A stretch of 64,000 nucleotides of DNA from Nitrosopumilaceae archaeon (GTDB lineage Archaea > Thermoproteota > Nitrososphaeria > Nitrososphaerales > Nitrosopumilaceae): assembly GCA_965208905.1 (NCBI GenBank), contig OZ242365.1, positions 1,568,001-1,632,000 of the forward strand, in the 5' to 3' direction. Shown here piece by piece: positions 62,858 through 64,000 of the stretch. The translations under genes were made by a program, and so were the position numbers. Positions within the stretch are counted from its first letter, which is position 1. Every line of letters begins with the position of its first letter. Below the pieces are notes generated by a model. That model was not told the DNA's origin and did not search any database. It saw only the letters and a program-made list of their open reading frames with translations.

Positions 62858-63376
62858 ATGAAAGGTACTATACGGGTGCAAAACATCATGGCACTCGCCA
62901 GCACGGGCCAAAAACTGGATCTAAAACATATAGCCGGACATATACCTGATGCCGTATATACAGATGACTTTCCAGGCATACGGTACCGCATACACGAGTT
63001 GAACTCCAGTGTGTTGTTGTTCCGCTCGGGCAACATAGTCTGCGCGGGGGCCAAGTCCGAAGAACATGTACACAGGGTATATGAGCATATATGCGATATA
63101 CTACGCAGACTCGGCTATGACACACAACAACCAAACATCACAATAACCAACATCGTGGCAACTGCAAACATCGGCCGCGGGCTGGACATGCAGTATGTCT
63201 CCGACCTGCTGCCCGGAGCAAGGTATGAGCCGGAGATGTATGCAGGCGTTACGTATCATGCCAAAAACAGGGTAGTCGCGCGCATACATGCATCAGGCAA
63301 GATAATCTTTGTCGGCGCCCGCTCCATGCAGGACATCGTAGATGCATACAACAACATACGCTCACTGCTGGCATAA
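62858..63376 (+). CDS. tbp: Divergent TATA-binding protein
   Basis: Two TBP repeats: QNIMA...FPG...LLFRSG...GAKS and TNIVA...YEPE.YAG...IHASGK...GARS. Confidence 0.92.
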   Translation: MKGTIRVQNIMALASTGQKLDLKHIAGHIPDAVYTDDFPGIRYRIHELNSSVLLFRSGNIVCAGAKSEEHVHRVYEHICDILRRLGYDTQQPNITITNIVATANIGRGLDMQYVSDLLPGARYEPEMYAGVTYHAKNRVVARIHASGKIIFVGARSMQDIVDAYNNIRSLLA

Positions 63377-63515
63377 ACCACATGCCGCCTTTTTGGGTTT
63401 CTTCCGCAAAGACACGTACTAAACACGTCCTGTAGATAGCTTGTGTCTGTAACTGTACACGGACCTGCAAAGCGGGGTAAATTTGCTTAAATATTATGAT
63501 GTTTAGTACCGTATA

Positions 63516-63587
63516 ATGGCGTCCGAGCGGCAAACCAGGGTAGTCACACGACCGTACAACAAGGATGTCTTTGCGGGAGGAACCTAA
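63516..63587 (+). CDS. 23-aa peptide abutting the Cys-repeat gene
   Basis: MASERQTRVVTRPYNKDVFAGGT*; TTAAA at -29; contains GGAGG before ATG 63588. Confidence 0.4.
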   Translation: MASERQTRVVTRPYNKDVFAGGT

Positions 63588-63953
63588 ATGTCAAACATAG
63601 AGTGTTTCAAATGCACAGATTGCACTGGATGTTATGACAACTACAAGTGCAAGGATTGCTCAGGCTGTACTGGATGTGTTGAGTGTGGGTGGTGTAAAGA
63701 TTGCTCGGATTGTTGGAGGTGCTATCATAGCACGAACTGCAAGGACTGCCACATAGCGAACGACTGTATTAAATGTGTGGGCTGTGAAAAATCTATGGGT
63801 TGTGTGGACTGTCATTACTGTGAGGGTTGCCTGAATTGTAAAAACTGCCTTCAATGTGTGAATTGCACCAACTGTGTGAATTGCACGGATTGTAAGGATT
63901 GTGAGGGTCTGGTCGGCAAGACCGGCTGGCGAAACAACCAGCCACCTGCTTAA
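63588..63953 (+). CDS. (Cxx)n Cys-repeat protein, copy d (longest)
   Basis: Cxx repeats; LVGKTGWRNNQPPA; the stop overlaps TTAAACG, next ATG at 63979. Confidence 0.8.
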   Translation: MSNIECFKCTDCTGCYDNYKCKDCSGCTGCVECGWCKDCSDCWRCYHSTNCKDCHIANDCIKCVGCEKSMGCVDCHYCEGCLNCKNCLQCVNCTNCVNCTDCKDCEGLVGKTGWRNNQPPA

Positions 63954-64000
63954 ACGTGATGATGCGGTATGATAGTAAATGGACTGTATGTTTTGCGGTG

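Larger units (their letters stand above)
21712..64000. mobile_element. Large integrated ICE/plasmid-like element (left end eroded by IS, remnants may reach about 18.3 kb; right end outside window)
   Basis: Own MCM, PCNA-like clamp, TBP, TFB, RadA, VirB6-like and A24 genes, defence genes and a shared promoter signature; no integrase or att site seen. Confidence 0.8.

Noticed and set aside
21901-63953. Diversity-generating retroelement acting on the Cys-repeat genes
   Set aside because: No reverse transcriptase in the window; copies differ in length and at non-adenine positions
21712-64000. Calling the element a provirus
   Set aside because: No recognisable capsid, portal, terminase or integrase in the window; its class stays open

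Overview
Archaeal DNA, most likely an ammonia-oxidising Nitrososphaerota/Thaumarchaeota (CdvA, cupredoxin fusion, archaeal RadA/MCM/TBP/TFB, apparently leaderless genes); the taxonomy is inferred from gene content only. About 1-18 kb is IS-riddled host chromosome: SNF2 helicase, a TnpB relic, IS630/IS5/ISH3 pieces, a multi-Cache protein, cdvA, acs and a broken mazEF. From about 18-22 kb to beyond the right edge lies a large integrated, ICE/plasmid-like element; no integrase, att site or capsid gene is visible. It encodes a replication module (wHTH, GTTAC repeat cluster, PCNA-like clamp, MCM), an NurA-HerA-Mre11-Rad50-RadA-Hjc recombination set with two disrupted genes, envelope/transfer-like genes (VirB6-like, A24 peptidase, three paralogous ~850-950 aa secreted proteins), defence genes, and its own divergent TBP and TFB. 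Reading the intergenic DNA by eye shows three linked, unannotated layers. (1) Two promoter grammars: about 30 class I sites ([CCAYAT-N4-CC]TTAWA, 28+/-1 nt before the start) and a TATA-poor class II motif (TAAYC-N6-CG) found mainly on envelope genes, alongside substitutions in the DNA-contacting residues of the element's TBP and TFB. (2) A family of promoter-driven small RNAs with a conserved pseudoknot frame around a variable 15-28 nt spacer-like loop. (3) A dispersed (Cxx)n micro-protein family whose near-invariant 3' end is also the promoter of the next gene. All calls are from motif reading; no database searches were run.
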